This document shows, piece by piece, positions 27,537 through 36,364 of a stretch of DNA of 63,393 nt. A program made the translations under genes and the position numbers. Source of the stretch: Candidatus Adlerbacteria bacterium (GTDB taxonomy: Bacteria > Patescibacteriota > Minisyncoccia > Phycocordibacterales > SBAW01); NCBI GenBank assembly GCA_903878285.1, contig CAIRHB010000013.1:1-63393 (forward strand), given 5' to 3'. Below the pieces are notes generated by a model. It was not told the origin of the DNA. It ran no database searches and saw nothing but the letters and a program-made list of their open reading frames with translations. Numbering within the stretch: the stretch's first letter is position 1; each line of letters opens with the position of its first letter.

Positions 27537-28790
27537 ATGAGCAGCAAAAAAGAGAAATTATCGGTCGAGCCCTATAAGGGGGTGCGGGACTTCTACCCCG
27601 AGGACCAGGCGTTCTATAACTACCTCCTTTCGACCTATCGACAAGTCGCGGAGCGCTTTGGCTATGTCGAGTATCATGCGTCAGTGCTTGAACCTGCTGA
27701 GTTATATAAAAGTAAAAACGCCGAGAACGAGGAGCTAGTTAACGAGCAGACATACACCTTTGTTGACCGTGGTGGGCGCGAGGTCACCCTGCGCCCCGAG
27801 ATGACACCGACGGTCGCGCGCATGGTCGCAGCGAGGCGGCGTGAGTTGGGCTTTCCGCTACGTTTTTTTTCTATTCCAAACGTGTTCCGCTACGAGCGTC
27901 CACAGCGCGGCCGACTGCGCGAGCACTGGCAGTTGAACGTCGATTTATTTGGATCAAAATCGCTGACCGCAGATACAGAGATAATCGCTGTTGCAGCTGA
28001 GATTATGCGCGCGTTTGGTGCAACCCCAAACGACTTCGAGATCCGCATCGGGAGCCGCATCTTCCTCGACTCACTTATCACACAACTCTCGCTGTCTGAC
28101 GACGCGACAAAAGAGTTTGTCGCGCTGCTCGACCGACGTCGCAAAATCCCCGCTGCCGAGTTTGACGCAACGCTCGCCGAGCTTGGCGTACCACTTGCCC
28201 TTCTCTCAACATCCGACACGCCAGACGAAGTGCGCGTTGTACTCAAAACGCTCGCCGAGCTTGGCATCAACAACGCCGTGTACGACCCGAGTATCGTGCG
28301 AGGGTTTGCCTACTACACCGGCGTTGTATTTGAAGTATTTGACACCCATCCAGATAACAACCGCGCACTCTTTGGCGGTGGTCGCTACGACAACCTCACC
28401 ACGCTGTTTGATGATGAGCCGATCGTGGGTGTCGGGTTTGGTATGGGCGATGTCAGCATGCGCAACTTCCTCGAGGTGCGCGGACTGCTCCCTGTGTATG
28501 TGCCACCAACCAAGCTCTATATCGCGGTCGCCGCGCCCGAGGATGTCTCGCACGCGCTCATGCTCGCACAGGAGTTGCGCGCGCAGAACGTTGCGATCGC
28601 CGTCGACTTTGGTGATAAAAAACTTGCCGACCAGATCAAAGCAGCGACAAAGCATCACATTCCCTACCTGCTCGTTGTTGGAGAAAATGAGATTACGTCA
28701 GGAACTTTCGCTGTGCGCGACCTCGCCACAGGAAAAGAAACGCCACTGTCGCGAACAGAACTTGCATCGTTCTTTCTCGCGCTCGCGTAG
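27537..28790 (+). CDS. hisS: Histidine--tRNA ligase
   Basis: KGVRDFYP, RPEMTPTVARM, FRYERPQRGR and GGGRYD motifs. The ATG at 27537 matches the canonical N-terminus. Confidence 0.9.
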   Translation: MSSKKEKLSVEPYKGVRDFYPEDQAFYNYLLSTYRQVAERFGYVEYHASVLEPAELYKSKNAENEELVNEQTYTFVDRGGREVTLRPEMTPTVARMVAARRRELGFPLRFFSIPNVFRYERPQRGRLREHWQLNVDLFGSKSLTADTEIIAVAAEIMRAFGATPNDFEIRIGSRIFLDSLITQLSLSDDATKEFVALLDRRRKIPAAEFDATLAELGVPLALLSTSDTPDEVRVVLKTLAELGINNAVYDPSIVRGFAYYTGVVFEVFDTHPDNNRALFGGGRYDNLTTLFDDEPIVGVGFGMGDVSMRNFLEVRGLLPVYVPPTKLYIAVAAPEDVSHALMLAQELRAQNVAIAVDFGDKKLADQIKAATKHHIPYLLVVGENEITSGTFAVRDLATGKETPLSRTELASFFLALA

Positions 28791-28821
28791 TAACAGCGGT
28801 CACCGTGTCTACACCTTATAT

Positions 28822-29397
28822 ATGCGACGAATTATTTTTGACATTGAAACCACTGGCGAGGGGATGGACGGCGGCTTCGACATCAACAAGCAGGAGCTCA
28901 CGGTTGTGTGTATTCACGACTCAAAGACCAATGAGTTCAGCAGCTACACTAAGGAGACGCTACCAACACTCTGGAGCATACTTGAGCGCGCAGACATCTT
29001 AGTTGGGTATAACTCGGACCACTTCGATATTCCTATTCTTAACAAATACTACCCGGGCGACCTCACAACGATACACAGTGTCGACCTTCTGAAAGAAGTC
29101 AAGAGCGTGCTCGGTCGCCGGCTCAAACTCGACAACATCGCCGAAGCAACACTTGGGCGCACCAAAACCGCCGACGGCATGCAGGCGGTGCGTTGGTGGA
29201 AAGAGGGCAAAATTGATTTGATTATCCAGTACTGTATTGAGGATGTGCGAATTACAAAAGACGTGTACGAGTACGCAAAAAAGAACAGGTCGCTCAAGTA
29301 CAAAGACTTTGATGGTATCCGCGAGGTCAAACTTAACCCGAGCGCCTGGGAAAAGATCTCCGAAGCTCCGGCGATGACCCACACCTTGCCGTTTTAA
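28822..29397 (+). CDS. DEDD-type 3'-5' exonuclease (RNase H-like, YprB-like)
   Basis: FDIETTG (ExoI), YNSDHFDIPIL (ExoII) and YCIEDVRIT (ExoIII). This is the in-frame tail of the 468-aa ORF. The ATG is at 28822, after the hisS stop. Confidence 0.7.
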   Translation: MRRIIFDIETTGEGMDGGFDINKQELTVVCIHDSKTNEFSSYTKETLPTLWSILERADILVGYNSDHFDIPILNKYYPGDLTTIHSVDLLKEVKSVLGRRLKLDNIAEATLGRTKTADGMQAVRWWKEGKIDLIIQYCIEDVRITKDVYEYAKKNRSLKYKDFDGIREVKLNPSAWEKISEAPAMTHTLPF

Positions 29398-29473
29398 ATC
29401 TTACGAAAAAGTGCTACACTGTTGGTACTTGTATCATTAGCAACAACAGCATCCTTAATATAGTACAGAGTAT

Positions 29474-30193
29474 ATGAAAAGCCAGTACGTTCTCCCCCTA
29501 ACTATTGTTATCGCCGGCGCACTCATCGCGGGAGCGATTTTCCTTGTCGGCAAAAGCAACACCCCGGGCACCAACGGTGCCAACGGACAATCAGTAAAAA
29601 CGGCAATCCGCCCTTACGACCCGGCGACCGACCATATCCTCGGCAACCCTGCTGCCACGGTTAAAGTGGTCGAATACGCCGACCTCGAGTGCCCCTACTG
29701 CAAGACGTTTGAAACTACTATGCATCAGGTGATGGATTACTACGGCCAGTCGGGCAAAGTGGCGTGGGTATATCGCCCGTTCCCACTCGGGCAAATTCAT
29801 TCGAAAGCGCCAAAAGAGGCAGAAGCAGCCGAGTGCGCAGCCGACCAAGGTGGCGACACGGCGTACTTTAAGTACATCGACCAAGTGTACGCAGTCTCGC
29901 CGCTTGAAAACGGCCTTGATCCAGCACAGCTCCCCATCATCGCGTCGCAAGTCGGTCTTGATGTAAATACGTTTAATCAGTGCCTCAGCAGCGGTAAGTA
30001 CACCAAGAAAGTGCAAGACAGCTACAATGAGGCGATCGCCGCAGGTGGGCAAGGAACACCGTTTATCTTTATCATGGTCGGCAGCGACGCGGTCACACTC
30101 CAGGGCGCACAGCCGTACGACTCGATGCGCGCTGCGATCGACGCCGTACTCCAACAGGTCGGCGGCAACACAGCGACCACAACCGCTCACTAA
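29474..30193 (+). CDS. DsbA-family thiol:disulfide oxidoreductase, membrane anchored
   Basis: N-terminal TM helix, CPYC active site and GTPFIF. Confidence 0.8.
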   Translation: MKSQYVLPLTIVIAGALIAGAIFLVGKSNTPGTNGANGQSVKTAIRPYDPATDHILGNPAATVKVVEYADLECPYCKTFETTMHQVMDYYGQSGKVAWVYRPFPLGQIHSKAPKEAEAAECAADQGGDTAYFKYIDQVYAVSPLENGLDPAQLPIIASQVGLDVNTFNQCLSSGKYTKKVQDSYNEAIAAGGQGTPFIFIMVGSDAVTLQGAQPYDSMRAAIDAVLQQVGGNTATTTAH

Positions 30194-33100
30194 GACAGCT
30201 CGCGTAGCGCGCAGTACTCGCAGCCACACTCGCCACAGCGACGCTCCCAAAACGCAAGGTCGTATATCTCGCGGGCAGTGGCAGCAAGCATCTCACGTAG
30301 CTGTAACACCTCCTCGTCAAGGACGGTAAAGTGCTCGCGATGGTAGCGTCCTTTTGCATCGGGTTCGACAAAATCAATCACACCCTCAAGCATCCGCCAC
30401 GCCTCCCCTGCGGCCGCACCACTGCGGTGTGACTCGAGCAACAACTTATAGAACACCAGCTGACGTTTGTAATCACCGCTGCCGTTCTTGGTCGTGCCCT
30501 CTATCTCGCCACGCGACTTTGGCTTGCCGGTTTTATAGTCGTAGACGACCACCTCGCGCTCGCTCACGAACTCGATTCGGTCGAGAATACCCCGCAGCGA
30601 AATCGACGGTAAGTCGGCGTACGGCAGTGGCAGCGAGACGCCGAGCGTGTACTCGCCGAGCACGCTCTGTTGCCACGAGTGCTGATAGGTGTCGTAGTAG
30701 CCCCCGAGCACCGTCTCGCCTTTTTTCTGTGCTTGCAGGAGATCAAACTCGCTGAACGGTTGCTGCCGTGTCGCTGCCACAAACCGCTCGATAAGCGCCT
30801 CGCGAGACAGCATCGCGCCCGAGCGAATGCTCGAAACCAAATCGCGCAGCGCCGCATGCACCGCGTTGCCAAAGAGCGCGTACTTGTCAGGCGCTTTTGG
30901 GATACGCAACAAATTGCTGTAGAAATAGCGCCATGGACACGCGAGGTAGTTGTTGAGCGCTGTCACGGACAACCCTTGCTCGAGAAAAATCTCACGCAGA
31001 AATGCACTATCTTTGAGCGAGTGCGCAGTCTTTTGCCGCGGAGCGAGCAGCTCTTGCGTCGACACACCAGACTCGAACGCCGCAGTGTCGACCCGCACTA
31101 CACCCTCGCCGAGTTCGTCGATAAACTGGGAGGGCAGCGACGGCGCACCATCCTCGCGTGCAAGTGCGTATGACACCAGCGCCTGGGTGCGCGCACGAGT
31201 GAGCGCCACATAGAACAATCGCCGGTCGTCCTCGAGCGCCGCGTCGGCAGCATCTCCTTCCTTTTGTAAAATGGGCAAATGGAAATATGATTTTTTTGTA
31301 CCACTGCCCCATCGCGCATCTTCGACACCAATAATGTATACATGTTCGAACTCCAACCCCTTTGAGCGATGCACCGTCATCAAGCGCACGCGCTCGGGCG
31401 AGAGCACAGCGCGATCCTTGCGCACCGAGACATCGTGCGCCTCCAGGAGCGCCAAGTAGTTGACCACCTCCGCGAGCGTGTAGCTGTGATGATGCGCGAT
31501 GGCGTCCTTGCACGCGTCGACGAGGCCGTTCACCTTCGCCAACTTTTCTGCGGCATCAGGAAGAAGCAGGATATGCGCGATGTAGCCCGACTCATCAAGC
31601 ATCTTCTCCAGCGCCTCGAGCGCGGGGATATTGCACGCAAGTGTCGCGAACGAGGACAGCAGCGAGAAGAGCGCGCGCAGCTTGGTGGGTTTGGCGATCT
31701 TCGCTGCGCGCAACTGCGCTGTCGAGGAAAGGATCTCTGCGAGCGACAACTTAGACCGGAGGCGATGCCGCGCGAGCTTGTACATCTCGATGGGTGCCAC
31801 ACCGAGAAAATCGGCATGTAGCAAGTCGAACAAGAGTCGCTCCTCGCCAAAGTGCGTGACCGTGCGCATCAGGAGCAGCAGCTTGCGGATGTCGGGGTCG
31901 TGCATAATGTTCTCGTCCGACTCAACCACAAAGGGCACGCCAGTGCGCTCGAGCGCCTCGACCAAGGCAGCCGCGTCGCGGTTGTTGCGATACAGCACGG
32001 CGATCTCCGCGGGCGGCACACCCTCGTCGAGCAGCCGCCGGATGTCGCGCGCGACGAACAGCCGCTCGAGGTCGCTGCGCGAAAACGCACGAACCAAGAC
32101 AGGATACGCCGTCGCAGCAGCAGCGATAAGCGGGATCCGCAGCTCTTTAACAAGCGGCACCTCGGAAGCGCTGCCGCGCGTAATCACCCCTTGTGCTGCA
32201 TCGAGCAAGAGCTGCCCCGAGCGATAGTTTGAGCGCAACTTAATCAGCAATGCGTCCGGATATCGCTTCGTGACATACAAAAAGTTTTGCAGCGACGCGC
32301 CTTGAAAGCGGTAGATCGCCTGCTTTTCATCCCCCACTACAAACAAGTTTGGACTTGGGTGGAAGCTCGATAACAGTTCGAGCAGACGGTTCTGCGCATT
32401 GTTTGCATCCTGATGCTCGTCGGCCAAGAGGTACTGATACTCTTCCTGTAGCAGGAGCAAAAAGTCGGCGTCACTCTGGAGCGCCCGCACCACTTCGAGA
32501 ATCATGTCTTCGAAGTCGTACAGCCGCCGCGTGGCGAGCTCTTTTTCATATCGCTCAAACACGCGCACCAGCTCACGGGTGCGGGCAATTTTGTCGAGCA
32601 GCGTCTGGTACATACCCTTCACCTTTCCTTTGTATGCACCTTTTGTGTGGATAAAATCTGGCTCGGCGCGGATACGCTCGTCTTCTCGCATCAATAACAC
32701 CGACACGTCGTCGGGTGAGATATTCTCGCGCTTGAGCGAGGAGATCGCCGAGAGCGCTGGGCGCAGGTAAAACAGCGGGTCGCCAAACGGGCGCAAGATG
32801 TCCAACTCCTCGCTCTTGATAATCTCCTCAAACAGCAGCACGCGGTCGATGTCGCTGATACTCTGCGAACCGATGATGCGCGGGAAGCGCTCGGGGTAGC
32901 GCTGTATCACGTCGTTGCAAAAGCCGTGGAAGGTGTGGATGTGGATGCGGTACGCGGGCGAGCCGACGATATCGACGAGGCGGCGGCGCATTGCAAACGC
33001 TGCCGATTCAGTAAAGGTGAGCGCGAGTATCGCGTCCGGCGGCGTATCCGTTTTCTGCAAAATATTCGCGATCCGTAGTGTCAGGATCTGCGTCTTGCCT

Positions 33101-33240
33101 GTCCCTGGGCCCGCTATTACTACCACCGGCCCCTCCGTCGTATCCACCGCGAGCTTTTGCTCGGGGTTGAGCTTCCGATATAACGTCGAAAACGTCCCGC
33201 TGTGCAGAGCTTTCTTCTTCCCTGTCTTCACCGCCGCCAT
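30190..33240 (-). CDS. UvrD/PcrA-type helicase fused to a C-terminal PD-(D/E)XK (AddB/Cas4-like) nuclease with a Cys cluster
   Basis: Walker A GPGTGKT, Walker B LLADEHQD and helicase motifs (VHRSKGLEF, YVALTRAR). The C-terminus carries GILDRIEF...VVYDYKTGK plus the cysteines ACPW...CGECGCEYC. Confidence 0.8.
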   Translation of the reverse strand: MAAVKTGKKKALHSGTFSTLYRKLNPEQKLAVDTTEGPVVVIAGPGTGKTQILTLRIANILQKTDTPPDAILALTFTESAAFAMRRRLVDIVGSPAYRIHIHTFHGFCNDVIQRYPERFPRIIGSQSISDIDRVLLFEEIIKSEELDILRPFGDPLFYLRPALSAISSLKRENISPDDVSVLLMREDERIRAEPDFIHTKGAYKGKVKGMYQTLLDKIARTRELVRVFERYEKELATRRLYDFEDMILEVVRALQSDADFLLLLQEEYQYLLADEHQDANNAQNRLLELLSSFHPSPNLFVVGDEKQAIYRFQGASLQNFLYVTKRYPDALLIKLRSNYRSGQLLLDAAQGVITRGSASEVPLVKELRIPLIAAAATAYPVLVRAFSRSDLERLFVARDIRRLLDEGVPPAEIAVLYRNNRDAAALVEALERTGVPFVVESDENIMHDPDIRKLLLLMRTVTHFGEERLLFDLLHADFLGVAPIEMYKLARHRLRSKLSLAEILSSTAQLRAAKIAKPTKLRALFSLLSSFATLACNIPALEALEKMLDESGYIAHILLLPDAAEKLAKVNGLVDACKDAIAHHHSYTLAEVVNYLALLEAHDVSVRKDRAVLSPERVRLMTVHRSKGLEFEHVYIIGVEDARWGSGTKKSYFHLPILQKEGDAADAALEDDRRLFYVALTRARTQALVSYALAREDGAPSLPSQFIDELGEGVVRVDTAAFESGVSTQELLAPRQKTAHSLKDSAFLREIFLEQGLSVTALNNYLACPWRYFYSNLLRIPKAPDKYALFGNAVHAALRDLVSSIRSGAMLSREALIERFVAATRQQPFSEFDLLQAQKKGETVLGGYYDTYQHSWQQSVLGEYTLGVSLPLPYADLPSISLRGILDRIEFVSEREVVVYDYKTGKPKSRGEIEGTTKNGSGDYKRQLVFYKLLLESHRSGAAAGEAWRMLEGVIDFVEPDAKGRYHREHFTVLDEEVLQLREMLAATAREIYDLAFWERRCGECGCEYCALRELS

Positions 33241-33295
33241 GCGCGCAGTATAGCACTTTGTGCAGAAACTACTCTAAAACGGTATACTGATAGGC

Positions 33296-34477
33296 ATGAA
33301 AAATCCGCCGCCATGCGCGCAGTGTGGGAGCGACCCGGTGTCGCATCGCGTCGAATATATTTCGCACACGCTCGACCTCTTGCTCCAACCCGTAGTCAAG
33401 CGCTGGCTGCGCGCAATGAGCACTATTGTCCCGCACAGCAGCGGAAGGCGGAGCGTCGGTATTTATGAGTGGCTCGTGCGGCGCGGCTGGGGGCAGTTGC
33501 TCGACGAGCCAGACGTAGAGACGCAGCTGCTGCACCAGATGCTGTGGCACGAGGCAAACGCGCGTGGCATCCGCATGCGCGAGTTTCGCCCCTTTAGTAT
33601 GTCGAAGGGTTCGTTTGTCGCGACACTTCCCGATGGGCGCGTGCTCGACTTCGAAGGGCTGCCCCAACCTCCCAACACCAATACGGTGTGGTGGATTGAC
33701 ACCAAGTCGACCCTGCGAAAAAAGTTAGCGCAAGCGGGCATACCCGTTGCCCTCGGCGGCGTTGCGGCGACACGCGCAGGTGCCCGAAGACTGTTCAAAA
33801 AAATCCCGCATCCGGTGATCACTAAGCCGGTGATCGGATCTGCGTCACGACACACGACGATGCATATCACGACCGTGGAAGAGATCGACTGTGCGTTTGA
33901 CATTGCACAACAACTCGCGCCGCTGGTGATTATCGAGCAAGAATTATCGGGTGCGGTATATCGCCCAACCGTGGTTGGTGGGAAACTGATCGCCACCATA
34001 CGCCGCGACCAGCCACACATCGTCGGCGACAGCGAGCACACCGTCGAGCAACTAGTCGCGCACGCGAACACGCACCCCGCGCGGCAAGGTCCGTACTTTC
34101 ACCACATACGAATCGATTCCGACGCGACACAAGAGCTTGCGTACCAAACACTCACGCCGCAAAGTATTCCCGAGAAAAATCGGCGCGTGACGCTGCATCA
34201 AAAAATAAACTGGGGCGTCGGCGGCACCACTACCGACGTCACCGACAACGTCCACCCCGACAACGTCGCGCTGTTTGAAACAGTTGCAGAGATCCTGCGC
34301 GCGCCCGTGGTCGGCATCGACTTTATCATCGACGACATCAGCCGCTCGTGGAAGGAGCAGAAAAACTGTGGCATCATCGAGTGCAACAGCATGCCCTTTT
34401 TCGACAATCACCACCTCCCCTTCGAGGGCACCCCGCGCAACGTGGCAAAACACATTTGGGATTTAGTTGACCGCTAA
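33296..34477 (+). CDS. Stand-alone ATP-grasp enzyme resembling the cyanophycin synthetase G domain
   Basis: The blocks RRDQPHIVGDSEHTVEQL, THPARQG, NWGVGGTTTDVTDNVHPDN and IIECNSMP match, from memory, the CphA ATP-grasp region. No Mur-ligase-like domain is present. TATACT-N7-ATG lies upstream. Confidence 0.6.
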   Translation: MKNPPPCAQCGSDPVSHRVEYISHTLDLLLQPVVKRWLRAMSTIVPHSSGRRSVGIYEWLVRRGWGQLLDEPDVETQLLHQMLWHEANARGIRMREFRPFSMSKGSFVATLPDGRVLDFEGLPQPPNTNTVWWIDTKSTLRKKLAQAGIPVALGGVAATRAGARRLFKKIPHPVITKPVIGSASRHTTMHITTVEEIDCAFDIAQQLAPLVIIEQELSGAVYRPTVVGGKLIATIRRDQPHIVGDSEHTVEQLVAHANTHPARQGPYFHHIRIDSDATQELAYQTLTPQSIPEKNRRVTLHQKINWGVGGTTTDVTDNVHPDNVALFETVAEILRAPVVGIDFIIDDISRSWKEQKNCGIIECNSMPFFDNHHLPFEGTPRNVAKHIWDLVDR

Positions 34478-34520
34478 CATCCATCCAAGAGTTACCCTTG
34501 GACAACCTCCGCCATTACAC

Positions 34521-35066
34521 TTACCCTTGGAGCAAGAACTCTTTGATTTGTGCGAATGGCTTGAGCTGTAGATACGTCAGGCGATCATCCTCCTCGCCCA
34601 GCTGCGCGCGAGTCACGTCGTAGCCATCGGGGATAAAAATCGGATCCCATCCAAAGCCGTCTGTGCCCGCAGGCGTTTCGGCAATCCTCCCGCGCAACTC
34701 ACCTTCGAAATAGCTCTCTACCTCGCCGTCGTAGTAACCAAAGACGCAGCGTGCCACTGCGGCGCGATCCTTGCCGTCTACCAACGCGCACAACTGCGCG
34801 TGCGACAGCTCTTCTTGAAACCATTTGATAAATGTCCCCGGCAGACGCCCGAGCGCCACGAACTCGAGCGACACGTCCTCGACCAAGACCGGCCGCCCGA
34901 CCTTCGCATACGCTTGGCGCACCTTGTGCCGCACCACCTCGCGCAGGTCGAGCGACTGGATCTCGTCAAGATCAACCTTCACATGCTCGACCGGATGCCC
35001 TAAGTATCGCGACAAGTAATCCGCCTTCTTCTGATTGCCAGTGATAAATACAGGGTATTTGGGCAT
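34521..35066 (-). CDS. rdgB: Non-canonical purine NTP pyrophosphatase (RdgB/HAM1/ITPase family)
   Basis: TGNQKK and FGWDPIF motifs. Length is 181 aa. Confidence 0.85.
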   Translation of the reverse strand: MPKYPVFITGNQKKADYLSRYLGHPVEHVKVDLDEIQSLDLREVVRHKVRQAYAKVGRPVLVEDVSLEFVALGRLPGTFIKWFQEELSHAQLCALVDGKDRAAVARCVFGYYDGEVESYFEGELRGRIAETPAGTDGFGWDPIFIPDGYDVTRAQLGEEDDRLTYLQLKPFAQIKEFLLQG

Positions 35067-35069
35067 GGA

Positions 35070-35582
35070 TTATTTGCGCACATAGCCAAACGCTTGCAGG
35101 CGCTCGGCAATATCTTCATATCTTTTGCCACAGAGCATGCCGCCGGCAATAAACTCCTCTTGCGTTACTTCGGCCAAGAGCCAGCTGGGCGCTACGAACG
35201 CAGCTTTGTCTGCGAGCGTTGTAAACTCGATATCCACGAGCACCAACCCTTGCAACGCATCTTGAAACACGTCGACCTCGTAGTCGATGCCGTTTTCGGC
35301 GTAATAGTAGCGCGTTTTGTGCACACGCTTCCCTTCCAACTTTTCGAGATCGGCAAACTCCTCTGGCGTGAGCGGGATAGTCGTCTCGATTTGATGCGAC
35401 GCGTCACCCTCCTGCACCGCCTGCTTTTTTGTGATTTCGTGAGTAGTCCCCGAGCGGCGGACGCGCAGTTTTGGATGCACCGCACCCGCAGGCAGATAAA
35501 TATCCAGCAACTCTTTCGACTTCGAACCAAACACCCCCGCTGGTAACTCCTTTGGCAAAAATGTCAGTTCAATTTCTTCCAT
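35070..35582 (-). CDS. CYTH-domain protein (CyaB/ThTPase-like triphosphate tunnel metalloenzyme)
   Basis: The ATG at 35582 gives MEEIELTFL (ExExK-type start), and LVLVDIEF follows later. The upstream part of the 252-aa ORF is hydrophobic junk. Confidence 0.6.
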   Translation of the reverse strand: MEEIELTFLPKELPAGVFGSKSKELLDIYLPAGAVHPKLRVRRSGTTHEITKKQAVQEGDASHQIETTIPLTPEEFADLEKLEGKRVHKTRYYYAENGIDYEVDVFQDALQGLVLVDIEFTTLADKAAFVAPSWLLAEVTQEEFIAGGMLCGKRYEDIAERLQAFGYVRK

Positions 35583-35611
35583 GTCGGCATTGTAGCACGC
35601 TAGCCAAACGA

Positions 35612-35639
35612 TTGACATACATAGCAGTATTGCTATACT
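35612..35639 (+). promoter_or_regulatory. Consensus sigma70-type promoter for the higBA-like pair
   Basis: TTGACA (35612-35617), a 16-nt spacer, then TATACT (35634-35639). Confidence 0.55.
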
Positions 35640-35679
35640 CAAGCAAGGTCGAAAGTATACACAATATGAGTATGCAAGC

Positions 35680-35991
35680 ATGAAGAAAAAGCATGTAATG
35701 CCGTTCTTTCTTACACACGCGAAAAAGTACCTGGACAGCATCCCTGATGTTGATCGAGGCGCAATTGGGCGGGATATTGGAGCGATTGTAGCTGGCGAAC
35801 TCGCGTTTGTCTCCACAAAACAGCTCAAAGGACCCGTCCGCGAACTGCGAGTTGGTCATCATCGCGTCACCTACTTCACTATCGGCACAAACATCTACTT
35901 TGTCCGCGGATTCCGCAAGAAAAGTGCGAAGACACCGAAGAACGAGATTTTATACGCCGAAAAAATATATAAACAGCTAAAAAGTAACTAG
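35680..35991 (+). CDS. higB: RelE/HigB-like toxin (Gp49/DUF891-type)
   Basis: 103 aa and basic, with RELRVGHHRVTYF...IYFVRGFRKKS typical of Gp49-like toxins. The toxin is encoded upstream of an XRE antitoxin, which is the HigBA arrangement. Confidence 0.65.
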   Translation: MKKKHVMPFFLTHAKKYLDSIPDVDRGAIGRDIGAIVAGELAFVSTKQLKGPVRELRVGHHRVTYFTIGTNIYFVRGFRKKSAKTPKNEILYAEKIYKQLKSN

Positions 35992-35997
35992 AAAGAT

Positions 35998-36294
35998 ATG
36001 AAAAAAACAAACGAAATAAAATTATACTCGTTCGACGAGGTCTTTAAGAAAAAGTCCCCTGCGTTTATTCGTGGATATAAAGAAGAGTCGGCACGAATCG
36101 ACTTGGCAAAAAAGATTAAGTTGGAGCGAGAAAAGCAGAAACTCACCCAGCATGTAGTCGCGAAGCGAGCTGCAATGCCGCAGTCGGTCATCGCCCGCCT
36201 CGAAAGCGGCGAACACAGTATCTCCGTCGACACGCTCGGCAAAGTCGCCCACGCGCTCGGAAAACAAATCGACTTAGTCGAAAGTATTGCGTAA
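35998..36294 (+). CDS. higA: XRE-family HTH antitoxin (HigA-like)
   Basis: HTH block LTQHVVAKRAAMPQSVIARLESGEHSISVDTLGKVAHALG. It starts 6 nt after the toxin stop. Confidence 0.7.
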   Translation: MKKTNEIKLYSFDEVFKKKSPAFIRGYKEESARIDLAKKIKLEREKQKLTQHVVAKRAAMPQSVIARLESGEHSISVDTLGKVAHALGKQIDLVESIA

Positions 36295-36295
36295 C

Positions 36296-36319
36296 CTCCG
36301 CCGAGGTTTAACCTCGGCG
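36296..36319. repeat. 24-nt palindromic element, copy A (ctccgccgaggtttaacctcggcg)
   Basis: The 10-bp arms cgccgaggtt / aacctcggcg form a perfect inverted repeat. The 24-mer is identical to 50427-50450. Confidence 0.85.
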
Positions 36320-36340
36320 AGTGAAAAAAACGAATGCGAT

Positions 36341-36361
36341 AAGCAAGGCGTCGCCTTGCTT
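36341..36361. repeat. GCAAGGCG-N-CGCCTTGC hairpin element, copy 1
   Basis: aagcaaggcg t cgccttgctt. The 19-nt core is identical to the reverse complement of 36930-36948. Confidence 0.8.
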
Positions 36362-36364
36362 AGA

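Noticed and set aside
27991-28821. The N-terminal 277 codons of the 468-aa ORF 27991-29397.
   Set aside because: This part runs out of frame through hisS and its translation is low in complexity. Only the segment from the ATG at 28822, after the hisS stop, has exonuclease motifs.
34486-34531. An 11-nt direct repeat ttacccttgga (34492-34502 and 34521-34531) plus a tccaag/cttgga hairpin between two convergent genes.
   Set aside because: The repeat is short, one copy overlaps the rdgB stop codon, and it has no associated mobile gene. It is most simply a convergent-terminator region.
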